Shown: positions 59,007 through 64,000 of the stretch, piece by piece
Layout of the letters: each line of letters starts with the position of its first letter
Position numbering within the stretch: position 1 is the stretch's first letter
Assembly (NCBI GenBank): GCA_965240325.2
Contig: OZ251223.1
Location: 1,612,001-1,676,000 of the forward strand
Reading direction: 5' to 3'
DNA from: Rebecca billardiae RCC1528
Taxonomy: Eukaryota; Protista; Haptophyta
DNA: 64,000 nucleotides
Translations under genes and position numbers: made by a program
Notes under the pieces: generated by a model
What the model saw: only the letters and a program-made list of their open reading frames with translations
Databases searched by the model: none
What the model was told of the DNA's origin: nothing

Positions 59007-59472
59007 GGCTCCGGCTTCGGTTGACCCCCCTAAGTCCGGTCACTGGAGCGTTACAGAGTCTTGACATGGAGATCGGCGCGGGATCGCCGCCTCTGATGAT
59101 CTACAATCGCTCTAGACCACCCGGCACTCCAGGCGGTCCCTTGGACGATATGACGGCAAGATGGATCGTCATCAGCCAAACTTCCTTCAGACTCGATTTT
59201 CTATAACTAACTACCCAACCCGGATGCCATTTCAATTTGCTCATATATGTATGTATATATATAGGTATCCGGATCACTCCCGGACAGTGCTAAAACCTGA
59301 GTAAGGGACGGGTAACTGTAAACATATATTTAGAGTATAAACATAGATGAGTCTGAACCTATTATTGGGAAGTTGTCATGTGCCCCATTCCTATACTGTA
59401 GTCGTTGAAGTCATAATCAGCTTAGGGGGTCGATGAATAAAGGGATTATATTTGGCTCCTGTCCGAAGAGCC
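59007..59472. mobile_element. Second, more diverged copy of the same MITE in opposite orientation
   Basis: Begins GGCTCCGGCTTCGGTTGACCCCCC. Blocks GGGATCGCCGCCTCTGATGATCTACAAT, CTGAGTAAGGGACGGGTAA, GAGTCTGAACCTATT and CGTTGAAGTCA are colinear reverse complements of 58320-58689. Confidence 0.8.
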
Positions 59473-59591
59473 TACTCCCGGAGTACTCACATGCTGCACT
59501 ACTGCTTCACGTCCGAATGAGCAGCGCACTACAGGCACGGCGCAGTCAGCGCGGCACCGATCATCATAGATAAGAAATGATGATTTTTAAA

Positions 59592-61777
59592 TCAGACCAT
59601 TTCATGAACAGCCTGCTTCAAGCTGCTCGTGTCGTCAGCTGCCCCTGCTTGCGCGTCACGCTGCTCGACTCTGTCCAGTCTGCCGCCCAGGAAGCCAGCT
59701 CCCTGCGGCCTGGGGAGGGGAGACGGTGCCTTTCCCCCCTCGGACGAGCCCGCTGAGCTCGCGGAAGTGCGCCTGGACTTCGAGTTGGAGAGACGCCTCC
59801 GCTTCGGGAGCAGGCGGGCAAAGCGTCCCGCCTGGCGCCTTCGTTTGTCGCCGACCGCAGCAAAAAGCTCCAGCATTGAGAGCTGGTGCCCTACTCGCGA
59901 GCGCACGCCGAGCACGAGCTTGACGATTCGATTGAACTCCTCGGCACCACCCTCGCTCGCCTCGACGATGGCGAGCAGCAGCGCGCGGTCGCGCGCCTTG
60001 GAGCACTGCGCGTTGCGCACGTCCAAGCCCTTCGTGAGCTCGCTCTGGTCGTGCTCGCCGCACGCGCTGGGCACGTACGGCACGTGCAAGTCGCGCATGC
60101 TGCGGCGCATCTGCACAAACACGAAGATCTCGATGAGCGTCCAGAGGCGACTTGGATACGTGGTGCCGGCGAGCACGACAAACTGCTGGCACGCCGCGAT
60201 CCACACGGGCAGGCACTGCAGGTTCTCCGAGATGCGCGACTGGTCGACGCAGAAGCGGTCGAGCTGCGGGGACGTCAGCCGGGCGGGGGGCGCGCCGGGC
60301 CGGTCAGCTGGCGGCACGCGGAGACAGACCGGTTCGCCGGCGGTCGCCGCTCCCGCTCCCGCTGCGCGCGGTGGTGTCGTGCGCGCGCGCGCGCGGCTGC
60401 GCACCCACACGCGCGGCTCGCGCCGATGCTCCTTGACAAAGCGCTCACGCCACTGCTGCAGCTGCGCCCACTTGCAGTCGACTTCATCGCTCCAGCTGTG
60501 GGAGAGGAACTGCGCGCGTGATGGGGCGCGCGCGGGCGGGCATCGCAGTCGTCAGGCGCGTGCGGCCGCGGGCGCGTCTCCGCACACCCACGCCATCCGC
60601 GTGGCTGGCGCACGGTGCGCGTGCGGCGCACACGCACCCCGTCCGCTTCGCCAAGGAGAGCTGGCACCGAGAGCTCCCACAGGGCGGGGTCGGGCACGCT
60701 CGAGCGCAGGTGCTCCTTCGTGATGAGCTCGATAGGGACCACGCGGAAGCGCTCGGACGCGAGCTTCTGCACGACTCTCGGCTCGTCATCGCCCAGCATC
60801 GACGCGATCGCCGCGGCCATCCCCACCGCCTCTGAGCGCGCGGCCAGCCACAGGTGAACCCGCCTCCGCACGGCGGGCGTCATCATCGCGCCCCCGACAA
60901 AGAGGAGACCAAAGAGCAGGACCCAGGTCGCCGCAGTCTCCACGGAGCTCTCGTGGCAGTCGTACTGGTACCTGACCACCAGGCTCACAGCCGGGAAGAA
61001 GCCGCCGAAGAAGAAGCTCGCACCCATCCAGAACCATGCGCCTGCGAGCCTGATCCGAGTGGCCATGCTGGCGCTGAGCGCGAGCCGCAGCAAGTTGGCA
61101 CCGCTCACCAACCCGAGAAAGCTCCAGCCGGCCATGGTGACGATCCAGGAGAGCATGCACGGGCACGAGACGCGATCGTGCGCGAACATATCCACACACT
61201 CCCGAGCGCCCAGGTCCGGCTGCAACACCACGAGCCACCACAGGTCACCGAAGGCGAGCGAGAACATGGCCAGGCACAGGGCGGCGAGGACAAAGCACGT
61301 GTACTTCACGTGGCGCTCCCGCGAAGGCGAGACGAGGCTGACGAGGGCGAAGACTGTGAATGGGCACATACTCGACGGCACCAGCTGCGACTCCGCGCAG
61401 TGCCAGCCGGTCTTGAAGCACGCGATCCCAAAGCCGACTAGTGAACCGGCGAGCACGATGGTGAAGCTGCCCGCGCCGATGACGAGCGGTGCGAGGACGC
61501 GCAAGCGGTAGCTCCGCCGCGTGGAGCGCTTCATGGCCTCCAGCTGGGCCGATATCTGCTGTGCCGATGGCACCGGCGAGACGTCCTGCGAGGCCCCGTC
61601 CGCGCCTGAGCCTGGCAGCAAATCATTCAGCGCAGCATCCTGCTGCGCCCACGTCCCCCACGACAGGCTGGATAGAGCGGCCGACCAGACCCTCGAGCGA
61701 CGGTCGCTGCGCGGCTCAGCCATGCTGCCGCTGGAATCGTCGCGCACCAGCCGGGGGCTGCTGCTGCACTGCCCCAT
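59592..61777 (-). CDS. Multi-pass membrane protein with C-terminal TIR-like (TIR_2) domain; introns 60510-60637 and 60264-60404
   Basis: MGQC N-terminus and about 6 TM helices. Spliced C-terminus DG|FLSHSWSD...KW..L..W...PRVW|LDRFCVDQ...LPVWIAAC..FVVLAGTTYPSRLWTLIEIF follows the TIR betaA (FxSHS), betaB (WxD) and alphaC (S.W...E) pattern. Confidence 0.8.
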
Positions 61778-61968
61778 CGGTGGGATTCACTGCCAGCCGG
61801 TGGCCTCCGCCATGAATGTTTGACGGCGCCCAAACAAGCAGGCGGTCGCTCGGCAGCTCAGCCCCGAGTCCGGCGACTCAAGAGAATGGACACTGCGCAG
61901 GACCAAGCGGTCACTTGACGCCCAGCGCCTGCTGCCACCGATTCGCGTACGCAGCATTCATCACCGCG

Positions 61969-62715
61969 ATGCTGGCCGGCACCTGCCTTCTGCTGGCCAC
62001 GAGCGCAGCGCGCTCGGTGCACCACCGTGTTGGGCCGCTCCGGGCTAGCAGCATCTCACCACCCGCCTCGTCAGCATGGGACATCCGGGAGCGGGCACCA
62101 GCGTCGGACAGCTCGGTGTTCTTCGTGCTGGGTGGGCCGGGCAGTGGGAAGGGCACACAGTGCGATCTGCTGCGAGAGGCGTTTGGCATGTGCCACCTGA
62201 GCGCAGGCGACCTCCTTCGTGCCGAGGCGAGCAAGCCGACTGAGCTCGGCGAGTCCATCTCGAAGATCCTCGTTGAGGGCCAGATCGTGCCATCCCACGT
62301 GACCGTGTCCCTGCTGGCTGCTGCCATGCGCGAACGGCCTGGGCCCTTCCTCATTGACGGCTTTCCTCGCTCGATGGAGAACCTGAAGGAATACAAGGAA
62401 GGGATGGGTGACGATGCCACGTGCGAATTCGTGCTTTTTCTCGACCTGTCCGAGGAGGTCATGTGCCGGCGGCTGCTCGGGCGCTCAGAGGTCAGCGATC
62501 GGTCTGACGACAACGAGGTGACCATCAAGAAGCGCTTCAAGACCTTCCAGGAGCAGACCATGCCTGTGATCGACCTTATGGCGAAGCAAGGGCTCGTTCG
62601 TCGCGTCCCAGCCGATGGCACCCCGGAAGAGGTGTTTGCAGCGGTGCGCAGTCTCTTTGACGACGCATTGGCAGCCTCGTCCCCTCAAGTCCTGCCAAGC
62701 CCGAGAGCGGGCTGA
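61969..62715 (+). CDS. UMP-CMP kinase (adenylate kinase family), probably organelle-targeted
   Basis: FVLGGPGSGKGTQC, HLSAGDLLR, GQIVP, FLIDGFPR, RSDDN..TIKKRF; signal-like N-terminus. Confidence 0.92.
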   Translation: MLAGTCLLLATSAARSVHHRVGPLRASSISPPASSAWDIRERAPASDSSVFFVLGGPGSGKGTQCDLLREAFGMCHLSAGDLLRAEASKPTELGESISKILVEGQIVPSHVTVSLLAAAMRERPGPFLIDGFPRSMENLKEYKEGMGDDATCEFVLFLDLSEEVMCRRLLGRSEVSDRSDDNEVTIKKRFKTFQEQTMPVIDLMAKQGLVRRVPADGTPEEVFAAVRSLFDDALAASSPQVLPSPRAG

Positions 62716-62788
62716 CGCACCCTGCCAGTACCAAGTCCAAAGTTGGGCGTGCGGGGTGTCACGCAGTGTCGCAGTAGTGGCATGTTAG

Positions 62789-62906
62789 GGCGCACGGCCC
62801 CCCCGAAAGGTCTGAGCGTGAGCGAAAGCCGGGGGGAGGCGGCGCACGTGCTCCGCAAACTCAAAAAAGATAATGGCGCGCGTGATGGTGGGGATTTATT
62901 TGTATA
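62789..62906 (-). repeat. Dispersed repeat copy B (inverted relative to 51233-51387)
   Basis: AAAGGTCTGAGCGTGAGCGAAAGCCGGGGGGAGGCGGCGCACGTGCTCCGCAAA. Confidence 0.85.
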
Positions 62907-63162
62907 ATTTTAGCAGGGGGCGGAAGCTGCTTATGAATGACATTCACCCCCCTTGAAGTTGATGACGGTTTGATTGCGTCAATATGTGAGATTCTCCCGC
63001 CACGTATTAATCTTCACTTTAAGCACCAGTCACACTTAGGAAAAAGCATGGTCCAATAGCAAACACCATCAACCCTGCGTTCGAACATTCTATGGTAAGA
63101 TGCCTGAATTGTAAGAGCCTGAAACAGCTCGCCAACCAGAGGAAAGAGAGGTTGGGTCGATG

Positions 63163-63212
63163 ATCATTTGTTGATGAGTCATCGATTATTCATTCACTCA
63201 TCAACAAATGAT
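63163..63212. repeat. Perfect 17-bp inverted repeat with 16-nt loop
   Basis: ATCATTTGTTGATGAGT ... ACTCATCAACAAATGAT. Confidence 0.9.
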
Positions 63213-63343
63213 GGCCGCGGCCCGCGGACCTGAAAATCTCATGAGCATATAAGAATTTCTACCGCTTCACGTACGAACTTTGACGATTCTCCCTCATTTA
63301 ATAGTTAGTGTTACCTGCGCGTCCGGGACCGCTTGACGAATAT

Positions 63344-63407
63344 GAAGGAAAACTTGAGCGGACAAATCTTCATAAGAAGGAAAACTTGAGCGGACAAATC
63401 TTCATAA
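63344..63407. repeat. Perfect 32-bp tandem duplication
   Basis: GAAGGAAAACTTGAGCGGACAAATCTTCATAA x2. Confidence 0.95.
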
Positions 63408-64000
63408 TATCTCCCTTGATGATGAATACCACGCTGCGGCGGGTCCCAACGGCCGTCGGCATCGCATTCGTGCCTCGCTCACCCCGCGCGCCCCGCCCTG
63501 CCGACCCGCGTCCACGCGCGTGCGCGCCCGTCGCGCAGCCTTTTCGGTGCAAGCTCCGTTCTGCTGCTGCAACTACGAGTCGCTCGCAGACGGCAGAGGT
63601 GATGCTGCTGGCGGTCAGAGGGCGATACGATGCGGTGTCTTTGACTGGGCTGTGCCACTGCTACAACCTCGCCGCGATGGCTCGAGGTGAACGTGGCGGC
63701 TGAGGGCGTCTCAGCTCGTCCGGGTGTCACAAGCTGCGGGCGCACTCGCAGCCCCGCGGGCTGGAGCTGTGTTCGAGACTGTGGCTGGCGCAGGCGCACG
63801 AGGAGAGGGCAGCGCGAGTGTCTGCGTGCTCGCTGCATCTTGCTGCGCGATGGTCCGCTCGTCTGCTCCCACGATCTCGACCTATCTCGTCTGGGAGCGG
63901 CGAGCGCACGATCAGCTTGCAGCTGCCGTCGCGGGCGACGGTGCCACTGTCTCGTGGTCAAACACAGCGCTCGGCGTGAGCAGCCCGCGGGAGCGGTGGC

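Overview
A very GC-rich eukaryotic genomic window. It has short GT-AG spliceosomal introns, bipartite signal-plus-transit N-termini and microsatellites. This style best fits a haptophyte alga such as Diacronema/Pavlova (inference, not verified). About 22 protein genes can be modelled: CRAL-TRIO, NT-C2 coiled-coil, MFS, homeodomain+PAS(LOV-like) transcription factor, atypical P450, WIP/verprolin-like, XEG113-like GT77, O-methyltransferase, short CstF-64, DUF493, a plastid-type membrane protein, TYW3, zinc-finger AlkB, fused BIO3-BIO1, WW-TM-FN3 receptor-like, IQ/ARM protein with a 6x His-Met repeat, GT2-like, Zn-finger-inserted ABCB, multi-TM TIR-like protein, UMP-CMP kinase and two hypotheticals. 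Fourteen genes sit in tight head-to-head pairs. Intergenic DNA holds several non-autonomous TIR elements, two with clean 4-bp TSDs, plus a foldback element. The most interesting items are the membrane-embedded TIR protein with an intact catalytic-type Glu, the Cys-less LOV-like homeobox factor, the WW/GSK3-ladder/FN3 receptor, the unrecognised helical repeat, and introns of about 140 nt with complementary GTGCGC...GCGCAG ends. Most ORFs in the supplied track are GC-driven shadow frames. All calls were made by eye without database searches.
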